NCBI GenBank assembly: GCA_031428555.1
Contig: JANPPO010000025.1
Span: forward strand, 1 to 31,836
Length of the DNA: 31,836 nt
Direction of reading: 5' to 3'
Source of the DNA: Bdellovibrionales bacterium
Lineage (GTDB): Bacteria; Bdellovibrionota; Bdellovibrionia; Bdellovibrionales; Bdellovibrionaceae
Position numbers and translations under genes: made by a program. The notes below the pieces were generated by a model. The model worked only from the letters and a program-made list of their open reading frames with translations. It was not told the origin of the DNA and did no database searches. Below are positions 8,524 through 17,331 of this stretch, piece by piece (position 1 is the stretch's first letter; every line of letters starts with the position of its first letter).

Positions 8524-8980
8524 AGTAGACCGACAAGGACAGAAGCTGACACTTCAATTGGGTGGAATAATTGATGAGGACGCAGACTTTGCGCCCTTAG
8601 CACTTCAAGGTGCACAAGAAGTCCAAATTGATCTCGATGCAATTAAAAGTATTAATTCATGTGGCATTCGAGAATGGATCAAGTGGATTGGCGCCAATTC
8701 GACTGCAAAAGTTGTCTATGCAAAATGTCCAAAAGTAATTGTTGATCAAATGAATATGGTTGATGGTTTTTTGCCGGCATTTGCAAAAGTCGAATCTTTC
8801 TATGTCCCGTATTATCATGAAGATTCTGGTTCTGAAAAAAATATCCTGTTTCGTTATGGTGTTGAATTCAAGGAAGGCCAAATCCAACCACCGACTGAAG
8901 TAAAGGATGAGAGCGGAAATCCGATGGAAATGGACATCATCGAGTCGAAGTACTTCAAGTTTATCAAGGCTAAGGTCTAG
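8504..8980 (+). CDS. STAS-like (anti-sigma-factor antagonist type) protein with a C-terminal extension
   Basis: LQLGGIIDED and IDLDAIKSINSCGIREW (Ser at the position of the DSSG phospho-Ser). 20-nt overlap with the phosphatase. Confidence 0.75.
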   Translation: MSKFQCKVDRQGQKLTLQLGGIIDEDADFAPLALQGAQEVQIDLDAIKSINSCGIREWIKWIGANSTAKVVYAKCPKVIVDQMNMVDGFLPAFAKVESFYVPYYHEDSGSEKNILFRYGVEFKEGQIQPPTEVKDESGNPMEMDIIESKYFKFIKAKV

Positions 8981-8990
8981 AAGTCTGGCA

Positions 8991-9011
8991 AGTGTTCCTT
9001 TCTGGAACACT
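8991..9011. other. Intergenic 8-bp hairpin with no U-tract (possible mRNA stabiliser or processing site)
   Basis: AGTGTTCC-TTTCT-GGAACACT. Confidence 0.5.
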
Positions 9012-9050
9012 CAAACTGTAATTTTAATTCAGAAAAACCGATAGAGAACT

Positions 9051-10991
9051 GTGGCAGAAGTCGGTTTTAAAATCTTAATTGTAGAAGATGACGCTAATCT
9101 AGGCGCAACCTTACGGGAAGCATTAACCCGTAAAGGTCATTTCGTATTTCACGTTACGAAGCCAGATGATGCAATTCAGCTCATGACTAAGCAGGTATTT
9201 AATTACGTGCTAGCCGATTGTTTACTTCCACAAATGACTGGTATTGATCTGATCAAAAAAATCAGAGCAGAAATTCCAAATGAAAGCCCTACAAAATTTC
9301 TACTCATGAGCGGTATTTACACGGATAAAGCTTTCCAGCAGGAAGCACTTCAAGAATCAAAAGCGGTTGGCTTTTTAAAGAAACCATTTCAGCTTGAAGA
9401 ACTAGATCAATTTATCAAAAAAGTTGAGCTTCCAAGTTTGCCAAATGCTTCCATTGAGAGTCCTCGTAAAAGGCTTTACGAAATCTTTGAAAAAGAAAAA
9501 GTATCTCCGCGTGAAAAAAGAAAGCTAATTGAGTCGCTAGAAGAGGTAGATGGCTACGATCTGCCATTTATTTACAGTTTGCTTGCTGAAACGAAGACCT
9601 CAGGTCACCTTAATATTTTCACTGACCGCGGTACTGTTTCCGGAGTCACGTTCTTCCAAGGCCTGATTGTTGGAGTTGACGTTGAAGACCAATCTACATT
9701 CCTAGGGCACATGTTAATCCAAAGTGGTTACTTGGCTCCGCAAGATTTAAAAGATGTCTTAAGTGATAAGAGTCCACGTCGTATCGGTCAAAAGTTGATT
9801 GATGCTTCAAAGTTAAGTCCTCATGCATTTGATATGATTTTAAATGAACAGATGAATGTCAGGCTAACTCGAACAATTACGGACGGTAAAGTTCGTGTTA
9901 ACTTTGTATCGACCGAGGTGGAAGAAATTTCTCCATCAATTGATTCCGATCAATTGACTGAATATCTTCATGATTGGGTTGCTTCAAAGATTCAACTGAG
10001 CTGGCTCGAGTCTTTATATCTGATGTGGTCAGGTCAAAGGATTCTTAAAAGCAGCCAATGGAAAGACGATCACGCTGTTTTTAAGACATCATTTTTAAAA
10101 CGTTTAAAGAATTTGCCAGAGAGACTTGCCCAAGGCGCAAACATCAATGAGCTATTAAGTACAGATGGCTACGATCCTACGTCTATCTACAAAGCACTTC
10201 ACCTTTTACTATTAAAAGGTTTGATTATATTTTCCTCTGAAAAAGTGGCTCTTGATGCGAGTGCTCAGCGGCAGCATGTAAAAAAGATATATGGTCAGAT
10301 TAGTAACAAAGAATCAAACGAAGTTCTAGAGCTGTTCCAAGATCTTCTGGCTTCGAAGCGCGAAGCTGAATGGTTAGATGAGCTCATGAAATTTATCGGA
10401 CCGGCTCCGCTGGATCCGGAAGTATTAAAGTTGTGGCAGGTTGTTAAGGATAAGTTTGATAAAGCTCTCAGAATTCATTGGAGCGAAACTGATACTCAAC
10501 TAACTGCAACTCGAAAAGAAGACAGTTCTGAAAAGAAAATCAAATCTATCCGTCTTATGGACGAAGCAAAAGCGCAGCTTCAATTGAATCGTTATAAAAA
10601 AGCGAACGAGCTATTAGCTGAAGTTTCAAAGCTTTATCCTCAGGCAACGGGCTTACGTGTTTGTGTGGCTTGGGGACAACTTGGAGCTTTGGATCCAGCC
10701 AAGAAACAGTTCCAGCTAAAGGACATCGAATTAGAATTGATGCAAGTACCGCCAGACGAGAGATACGATGCTATGTATCCATTCGTGATGGGTCTGTACC
10801 AAAAAGCGAAGGGCGACCTTGCAACTGCTCGCAAATCTTTTGAGAAAGCTCAGGCTATGGATCCAAGTTTTATTGCTCCTAAGCGAGAGTTGTCACAGCT
10901 AGATACAGCTAAAAATACTCCGAAGCAGGACGTATTTAACATGGATTTAAAAGATGTAATTGGCGGATTTTTCAAAAAGAAATCGGGCTAA
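9051..10991 (+). CDS. Response regulator: REC + DUF4388/PATAN-like domain + tandem MshEN-like motif + C-terminal TPR-like helices
   Basis: IVEDD, ADCLLPQMTG, LMSG and KKPF (REC). LLAETKTSGHLNIF..G.VTFFQGLIV (DUF4388-like). YQKAKGDLATARKSFEKAQAMDPSF (TPR). Confidence 0.85.
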   Translation: MAEVGFKILIVEDDANLGATLREALTRKGHFVFHVTKPDDAIQLMTKQVFNYVLADCLLPQMTGIDLIKKIRAEIPNESPTKFLLMSGIYTDKAFQQEALQESKAVGFLKKPFQLEELDQFIKKVELPSLPNASIESPRKRLYEIFEKEKVSPREKRKLIESLEEVDGYDLPFIYSLLAETKTSGHLNIFTDRGTVSGVTFFQGLIVGVDVEDQSTFLGHMLIQSGYLAPQDLKDVLSDKSPRRIGQKLIDASKLSPHAFDMILNEQMNVRLTRTITDGKVRVNFVSTEVEEISPSIDSDQLTEYLHDWVASKIQLSWLESLYLMWSGQRILKSSQWKDDHAVFKTSFLKRLKNLPERLAQGANINELLSTDGYDPTSIYKALHLLLLKGLIIFSSEKVALDASAQRQHVKKIYGQISNKESNEVLELFQDLLASKREAEWLDELMKFIGPAPLDPEVLKLWQVVKDKFDKALRIHWSETDTQLTATRKEDSSEKKIKSIRLMDEAKAQLQLNRYKKANELLAEVSKLYPQATGLRVCVAWGQLGALDPAKKQFQLKDIELELMQVPPDERYDAMYPFVMGLYQKAKGDLATARKSFEKAQAMDPSFIAPKRELSQLDTAKNTPKQDVFNMDLKDVIGGFFKKKSG

Positions 10992-10992
10992 T

Positions 10993-12666
10993 CTAAAATA
11001 CCCAAACCCATGCAGCTTCAAGTAATCCGCCAGATCTCTTTTCGGTGGATTCTTCGCTATAAAGTCCAACAGAATATCTAAGTTTACTTTGATCCTTAAG
11101 CGGGTGGTAAAGCTTCCATTTAAGTTCAGTTCTAGATTTTACTTCTAAACTACCAGCTTTAGCCGGCATTGAAGTTTTTAGAAAAACTTCCTGCCAAGTG
11201 AAATACTTAAACTTTTTAAAGCCATTTCCGATCCATCCAACGAACGGTGCTAGTGTTTGAACACTTGCAGATTCGAAAGACATGTTCTGAAGACCTGCGC
11301 CAACAACAAAGCTGGGATCAATTAGCTGGAGTCCTTTTTTTAATCGCCAGTAAAGATCAAATTCAATTAACATTGTTTTGAAATCGCCGGTCAGATCTTG
11401 ATTGAAGATCACCCCGAGGCCAACTCGCTGTTGAGTGATGTAAGTCAGAAAAGGTAAAGATTCGAACCACATTTGACCTTCTGCACCCAGGTACAAAGTA
11501 CTTTCAAAAGTATTCATACCGCCCAATAATTCAATCCGATTTGAATAAGCTCTAGAAAATGAATAGCCAGCAGTAAAGATGTCTTTTCCATCTACGACTT
11601 GGATTGATGAAACTTTTTCGTCTCCCACACTTAAATTCTTAAGTGACCAAGCGAATCGATTTCCAGTTACCGAAACATCAGATGCAGGATCCGAAGCTTG
11701 TGGTATTCCTTTTTCTGGTGACCAACCACGAAGTTCGAGGCTTGAAGCATATGCTAAAGTCGGACTCGATTTTTCCAGATAAAGGCGATGATCTTCAGTC
11801 GGTAGTGCACCTTGAACAACAAACTCCTGGCGCAGCGGAACTTTGCCTTCACCTGCAATGTACACTAAAGCCCGATCCTTTTTCAGACTGACACTCCAGA
11901 CGCCATCGCGAATAATTCTATATTGCGAAGGCGCAAGTGGGTAGGGCCCTTTGATCGTTATCGACATCAGATTTTCATTAACACTAATAACATCCATGAA
12001 ATCGAGATTAATGCTTCTTGTATCCATCTTAAATTCAGCACCAGAGGCTGCGATTGCGCGAAATGATAAACTTTCATTTGCATCATTTAAAAAAACAATT
12101 CCATGTGGAGTTACAGAGCGTCCATTAATCTGAATTCGCGGTTTATTGGGTAAAGTATTGTTTTGAATGACCAACTTTTTACCAGAACCTTTTGCAATCA
12201 TCTCCGGAGAGCAAATTTCCATCCCGGTACTGAGTTCATACTGACTTATGCAGTATTTAAAAAAAGACAGCCCTAAAAGTTTGGTTACAAGATCTGTACC
12301 ATTTTCAATTGATATAAAATTTTGATTATCTTGTAAGGTGGTCGACCAAACAGATACTCCGGATGGACTTAAAATATTGAGTGAACCCTTGGAAAAAAGA
12401 TTATTTGGCCATCTAATATCAACTTCAACTTTTGAATCGAGTGGGCGAACAGTGAGTTCGAAAAGGGAAGTATCAATGATTCGATTACCCAAAAGAAACC
12501 GGTAAGCATCACGGAGACTGTATTCGAATTTTTGTGGCAATACTTGAATATTATTCTGAGTTGCAGGAAATAAAAGGGGTTGTCCTTTTTCTGCGGCCTG
12601 ACTATGGTAGGACACCAATGAAAACAAAAATATTTGGAGTCCAAGCAAAGTTCTTTTAAAGATCAC
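10993..12666 (-). CDS. Exported hypothetical protein, beta-rich, probable C-terminal outer-membrane barrel
   Basis: Signal peptide ending SQA; alternating amphipathic strands in the last ~190 aa; ends EAAWVWVF. GTG start with SD GAGGA. Confidence 0.7.
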   Translation of the reverse strand: MIFKRTLLGLQIFLFSLVSYHSQAAEKGQPLLFPATQNNIQVLPQKFEYSLRDAYRFLLGNRIIDTSLFELTVRPLDSKVEVDIRWPNNLFSKGSLNILSPSGVSVWSTTLQDNQNFISIENGTDLVTKLLGLSFFKYCISQYELSTGMEICSPEMIAKGSGKKLVIQNNTLPNKPRIQINGRSVTPHGIVFLNDANESLSFRAIAASGAEFKMDTRSINLDFMDVISVNENLMSITIKGPYPLAPSQYRIIRDGVWSVSLKKDRALVYIAGEGKVPLRQEFVVQGALPTEDHRLYLEKSSPTLAYASSLELRGWSPEKGIPQASDPASDVSVTGNRFAWSLKNLSVGDEKVSSIQVVDGKDIFTAGYSFSRAYSNRIELLGGMNTFESTLYLGAEGQMWFESLPFLTYITQQRVGLGVIFNQDLTGDFKTMLIEFDLYWRLKKGLQLIDPSFVVGAGLQNMSFESASVQTLAPFVGWIGNGFKKFKYFTWQEVFLKTSMPAKAGSLEVKSRTELKWKLYHPLKDQSKLRYSVGLYSEESTEKRSGGLLEAAWVWVF

Positions 12667-13252
12667 TTTTAATTTCCTCGTAGGTCTTGTTCATCATGAT
12701 ACTTTGGATCAGGTGTAAGCATAAAGCCATTTTTGAGAAAAAGTCTGCATTTGATGGAACAATTAAGTGTCTAGGGTGTTGAGACCAGGCTTTCTTTATA
12801 CGTTCATTTAACTTCCAAGCTTCGCTATGAGTTTCTGTTCTAATTGAATTGGTGGTTTCATAGGCGTCGTTAGTTGCTGTGTCCAAGTGAAGGACCCATT
12901 GATACCGTTCTATTTCTTTCTGTGGCGTTGTCTGAAGGGATTCATAAAACGAGAGAGAGTTATCAGGCCAATACGCTATTCCATCAAGAGAACCCCTGTC
13001 GCAAACAATAGTGCCACTTGGGATTTGGTCTAGCGCTAGGCCTTCGAGTTCACGCTGAAGAAAATAAATCGCTCGTTGAATATGAATCATAGATGAATCA
13101 TTTTGCGCACGAGGCAATCCTCCCCTGTACAAAAGGCTAGCGGCTTCTGGAACAGTTTTTACTTCTTTTCCGAGTTCCTTTTTTATTGCTTCGATCAAAG
13201 TGGTTTTACCGCCAGAAGGGCCGCCAGTTATGACTATCGTATTGAAACTCAT
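12656..13252 (-). CDS. AAA_28/NadR-like P-loop NTPase (nucleotide-kinase-like)
   Basis: Walker A VITGGPSGGKTT, VPEAA, CDRGSLDGIAY and NSIRTE. Confidence 0.85.
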   Translation of the reverse strand: MSFNTIVITGGPSGGKTTLIEAIKKELGKEVKTVPEAASLLYRGGLPRAQNDSSMIHIQRAIYFLQRELEGLALDQIPSGTIVCDRGSLDGIAYWPDNSLSFYESLQTTPQKEIERYQWVLHLDTATNDAYETTNSIRTETHSEAWKLNERIKKAWSQHPRHLIVPSNADFFSKMALCLHLIQSIMMNKTYEEIKSDL

Positions 13253-13343
13253 TTTTATTCCGCCTAGTTATCTCTGGAATATTTTGATTTTGCTTTGGAA
13301 ACTTACTTAAATCTAGTTCAATATAAAGTAACCGAGGAGTCAA

Positions 13344-14036
13344 ATGACTAAAATTTCTATCCTACTTTGCTTCATACTTTCTGCCTCTACTCTTCAGGCA
13401 GAAATGAAGCCTCGCGAAACCATCCTAGTTGGTTTCGTTTCTCCGCAGTCGAAAGATTTTTTCGAGAGAACGGTAATTCCTTACTGGCGCAAGCTTGATG
13501 CAGGTACGACAGTTCAACTGATTTCGTTAACTCCATTCAATTCTAAGGGTGAAGTTGATTTAGAGTTGTTAGCATTTAAAATTCGAAATGCTCCACCAGC
13601 GATGAAATCAATTTATATTCATTGGAACGAAAAATATGAACCAGTCCACAGACATTGGTTAGCAGAACTACACAAGAAAACTTTAAGCGGCACGCGTGTT
13701 GCTTTTTTCGCTGGGTTATCAAAACCTGGATCTAAAACAATTCCACTTAGAAAAACTTTGGCTTCTCAAGTTCCAAAAGCGCTCGTGTTGGGCGAGCTAC
13801 TTGAAAGAGAACGGTTGCCGCCACTTCATTTTTACGGGCCTGAATTGTTTTCAGCTTTTAATAGGCAAAAGCAGGTCAAGGCAACGGGCCTGGCACCTTT
13901 GAACTTTGTGAGTCGTTGGGCTTTGCAAACAAATGGCAAAGACCTTGATCAATCTTTAGATGAACTTAAAATTAAGAAAATGAAATCTTTAAGAATCTGG
14001 CCAACGACCGATGAACTTCTTGGTCGCTATAACTAG
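13344..14036 (+). CDS. Secreted protein resembling a catalytically inactive subtilase (S8) core
   Basis: Signal peptide ending LQA; SD GAGGAG. Collinear resemblance to subtilisin elements by eye (see findings). Confidence 0.6.
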   Translation: MTKISILLCFILSASTLQAEMKPRETILVGFVSPQSKDFFERTVIPYWRKLDAGTTVQLISLTPFNSKGEVDLELLAFKIRNAPPAMKSIYIHWNEKYEPVHRHWLAELHKKTLSGTRVAFFAGLSKPGSKTIPLRKTLASQVPKALVLGELLERERLPPLHFYGPELFSAFNRQKQVKATGLAPLNFVSRWALQTNGKDLDQSLDELKIKKMKSLRIWPTTDELLGRYN

Positions 14037-15355
14037 TTCTTACCCACTTCAGCGAAGGCTACGAAATCGTGGCCAATCCAGCGAACAGGTTCCTCTGGTT
14101 TATAGGAATCGTGAAACATTCCCCAACCGCAAGAGTTGAAAACAATTTCGCTCATCAATCCAACCATTAATTTTTTATCACTCAAGTGGCATTCAACTAT
14201 TTCATGAGAAATACCTAATAGCTTTTCAAGTTGATACTTAGAGCTATGAGACGGCCAATTTTCAAAATTAATCGTCTTCTTAATTTCTGGATCTTGGTAA
14301 AAATCATCAACTAACTTATAAATCTTTTCTAACAACTGAGGCTGCTTCAATAGCTGAGTTGTTTCGTGAATCAAGCGGTGAGTCCGACCATGATCCGGAT
14401 ACATCTTTTGAAAAATTCGAATAAGAGAATAAAGCGCAACTTCAACACCTTGAAAGATTGAACTGGAATTAGTTAAAATTTCAGGACAATTATAAACACA
14501 AGATTTAACGCCTTTTTTAAACCAGTCTGTCGAAACGTCTTCAAGAGCAATTTTAGCCCAGCCTTGTAGATAGGGCGAATAACTTTGCCATTCTAAGCCA
14601 GTGCCGATCCATACTTCAGTTCCATGGTAACCGTAAGCAACGTAAGACACATGGCCACCAGCTTTTTCAATTTTTTCTCTTAAAGCGGTGGTTTCTTCGA
14701 TCAAAATATCTAAGGTTTTTGCCGTTACTTCTTTAAAACTAATTGCACAAAGTTCACCGATCGATGAATTCCAAAAGTCGGTACTTGGCATGTAGCGATC
14801 GCCCGTACCTTTGAACACTCGATTCATAAGAGGCATCACAATCTTAGCACGGGGTACACCGCCAGCCATTAGATGCGCGAACAATAGATTCGTATCTTTT
14901 GTTGGAACTATTTTTTCAAGCTCCTTTACGTAAGCTTTTACATTTTGGCGAAAGCGGGCATCGCCCTTTTCTTGAGACTGCTTAAGAGAGCCCTTCGGCC
15001 ACTTAAATTCTGACCAATCTTTCAATCCTAGTTCTTTCAAGCGATCAACGGGACTCAGTCCTTCACTGTCTTTTTCCATATCAAAGCCGGCTTCAAGTGG
15101 AATGTTGATAAAGGCATCGCAATCGGATGGCCTTTCCGAATCCAACAATGGACGTAACTTCTGATCAGCATCCCTTCGGCCCACCGTGCTCTTAATAATT
15201 TTGTATCCGTTATTAACAGCCTCATCCACGAGTCCATTTGCATAGCCTCTAGAAAAGAGTTCGCCGAATAAAACAAGATAGGATGCAGAATTAGATTTTC
15301 TTTGATTTACTGTTTCTCGAAGAGCAGAACCAGAAGAATTAAATGACTTTTCCAT
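14033..15355 (-). CDS. fabMG: FabMG-type enoyl-acyl-carrier-protein reductase
   Basis: LVLFGELFSRGYANGL, TVGRRD, PLEAGFD, AHLMAGG, YGYHGTE, WQSY.PY.QG.AK and YNCPEI.TNSS.IF.GVE match the metagenome-derived FabMG family as I recall it. Confidence 0.85.
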   Translation of the reverse strand: MEKSFNSSGSALRETVNQRKSNSASYLVLFGELFSRGYANGLVDEAVNNGYKIIKSTVGRRDADQKLRPLLDSERPSDCDAFINIPLEAGFDMEKDSEGLSPVDRLKELGLKDWSEFKWPKGSLKQSQEKGDARFRQNVKAYVKELEKIVPTKDTNLLFAHLMAGGVPRAKIVMPLMNRVFKGTGDRYMPSTDFWNSSIGELCAISFKEVTAKTLDILIEETTALREKIEKAGGHVSYVAYGYHGTEVWIGTGLEWQSYSPYLQGWAKIALEDVSTDWFKKGVKSCVYNCPEILTNSSSIFQGVEVALYSLIRIFQKMYPDHGRTHRLIHETTQLLKQPQLLEKIYKLVDDFYQDPEIKKTINFENWPSHSSKYQLEKLLGISHEIVECHLSDKKLMVGLMSEIVFNSCGWGMFHDSYKPEEPVRWIGHDFVAFAEVGKN

Positions 15356-15395
15356 AAGCCCTAAGTTCTAAATAATATGAAAAGAGGTCAAGAGA

Positions 15396-16139
15396 GTGCG
15401 CATCATTTCGTTAGTTCCGTCATGGACAGAAACCTTAATTGAATCAGGTATTTATCCAGTAGGGCGGACGCGGTTTTGTATCCATCCTTTGGGGATGGTT
15501 GAGAAAATTCCGATCGTCGGTGGAACTAAACAAGCTAATTGGGAATTGATTCAACAACTAAAGCCCGACCTCATTATTTTAGATAAAGAAGAAAACCCAA
15601 AAGACTTTAGTGAAAAGGGATTTAAGTTTTGGGCTTCACATGTGACGGACGGCAAAAGTTTGGAAAAAAATTTGCGAGAACTTTCATCGCTACTAAAAAA
15701 TGACCAGCTTAAAGTTTTGGCGCAGCAGTGTGCAGTGATTAACCAGGCCCCTACCATAGACCCACCATCTCTCAGCACAGCTCTGATACAAGCTATTCGA
15801 CCTTGGCGTGGTGATGAACAAGTCGCTTACATGATTTGGAAAAAGCCGTGGATGTCGATTTCCAAAGGAACCTACATCGCGTTCGTTTTGGAAAAATTAG
15901 GGTTTCAAATTTATAATTGGAAAAATTCGGAAGCAAAATATCCAGTCGTCGAGATCGAGCGTGATCAGGATCTTATTTATCTCTTTTCTTCAGAGCCGTA
16001 TCCGTTTCTGAAAAATACAGATGAAATAGAAAAAATGAATATTAAAAGTGCAATAGTTGATGGTGAATGTTTAAGCTGGTTTGGAATTAGATCTTTGAGG
16101 TTTCTTCAAAAAGCCCTTGGGATTTCAGATCCTCTATAA
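15396..16139 (+). CDS. Helical-backbone metal receptor (TroA/BtuF-like) protein with no signal peptide
   Basis: MRIISLVPSWTETL, VGRTRFCIHP, VGGTK, LKPDLII..KEEN, LFSSEPYPF and VDGE.LSWFG.R. Confidence 0.85.
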   Translation: MRIISLVPSWTETLIESGIYPVGRTRFCIHPLGMVEKIPIVGGTKQANWELIQQLKPDLIILDKEENPKDFSEKGFKFWASHVTDGKSLEKNLRELSSLLKNDQLKVLAQQCAVINQAPTIDPPSLSTALIQAIRPWRGDEQVAYMIWKKPWMSISKGTYIAFVLEKLGFQIYNWKNSEAKYPVVEIERDQDLIYLFSSEPYPFLKNTDEIEKMNIKSAIVDGECLSWFGIRSLRFLQKALGISDPL

Positions 16140-17331
16140 GTTTTTTTGTAACTCCTAGGCGCTTTTGAATTTCAAGCTCAAGTTTTGGAGCTAAGGTTGC
16201 AACCTGACTTTTCAGTGCTTCAGTCGCATTTACCATTTGTTCGACATTATTTACTTCAACTACAAATCCCAGCTTTTTAAATTCTATAGCCTCGCGATTG
16301 TTTTCGTGAAAAGGGCCCACTATGACAGGAGATTTCGTTGCCAAAGCTTCCATCACTGAATGGACCTGTTTTCGAAATGAGCCGCCAATAAATGCAACGT
16401 GCGCTTGCGAATAAAGGGACGCTAAAATTCCAACTTGATCGACTAACAAAACATCAATGTGATCCCAAGAAAACGAGTTAACTCCCTGGCTTGAAAAATG
16501 ACACTTCAACGTTGTTTGTTCAAGTTTCGCGCGAATTGTAACCATGTGATGAGCGCTCACTTCGTGGGGAACTAAAATAAACTTCCAATTTTTTCGTTTT
16601 AATTTTTCAAAAGCTGGAATCACAATTTCTTCGTCTTCAGCCCAAGTTGATCCCGCGATTAAAATTTTCGGCGCCTCGGGAAGTTTTATATTGTGAGCTT
16701 CTTGAAGGCGATAAATAACCTGATCATAACGTGTGTCGCCTTTGATTTCGCCTCTGACATTGGGGAAGAATGTCTTGCAAATTTTTTCGTCAGCCGAACT
16801 TACGAAATAAATTTTTTTGATCAGCGGTAGTGCTGTCTTCAAAAGTTGTCTTGCTAGCAGAGAGATCTTTTTGCTGCCTTGGGCAAACGTCGCCGAGAAA
16901 AGATAAATTGGAATTTCCGCATTGTGAAGCTCCAGTAGAGTCTGTGGCCAAAGATCAGTTCTGGCAATCAGGCATGCGCGAGGATTCCACTTCGCGATAA
17001 ATGCTTTTACGTCTATCGAACTATCAAGAGGTGAGACTCCCCAGGCCGCAACTTCAAGTTTCTTGACCGCGTTTTCAGAAGAAATTGAGGTATGAGTTAC
17101 CAGCAGGGGAACGTGGGAATATTGAATTTTTAGTTCTCGAATTAATGACTTCGCATATTCGATTTCACCACTCGAAGCATGGATCCAAAGTGGTCTTGCT
17201 GTTATTGTTCCAGACAAGTGAATCCTTCCTTCGTTTTTAAAGAAGAATTTTACTTTTTCGTGAGGTATGAATTTCAAAACTGGTTTTAAGTGGTAAATAA
17301 TTTGAAGTAAGAATTGATAAACACGCATCAT
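16087..17331 (-). CDS. waaA: 3-deoxy-D-manno-octulosonic acid (Kdo) transferase
   Basis: LWIHASSGE, TDLWP, GDTRYDQV, IAGSTWAEDE, LVPHE, DQVGILASLY and AFIGGSF...HSVMEA. Confidence 0.93.
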   Translation of the reverse strand: MMRVYQFLLQIIYHLKPVLKFIPHEKVKFFFKNEGRIHLSGTITARPLWIHASSGEIEYAKSLIRELKIQYSHVPLLVTHTSISSENAVKKLEVAAWGVSPLDSSIDVKAFIAKWNPRACLIARTDLWPQTLLELHNAEIPIYLFSATFAQGSKKISLLARQLLKTALPLIKKIYFVSSADEKICKTFFPNVRGEIKGDTRYDQVIYRLQEAHNIKLPEAPKILIAGSTWAEDEEIVIPAFEKLKRKNWKFILVPHEVSAHHMVTIRAKLEQTTLKCHFSSQGVNSFSWDHIDVLLVDQVGILASLYSQAHVAFIGGSFRKQVHSVMEALATKSPVIVGPFHENNREAIEFKKLGFVVEVNNVEQMVNATEALKSQVATLAPKLELEIQKRLGVTKKLIEDLKSQGLFEETSKI

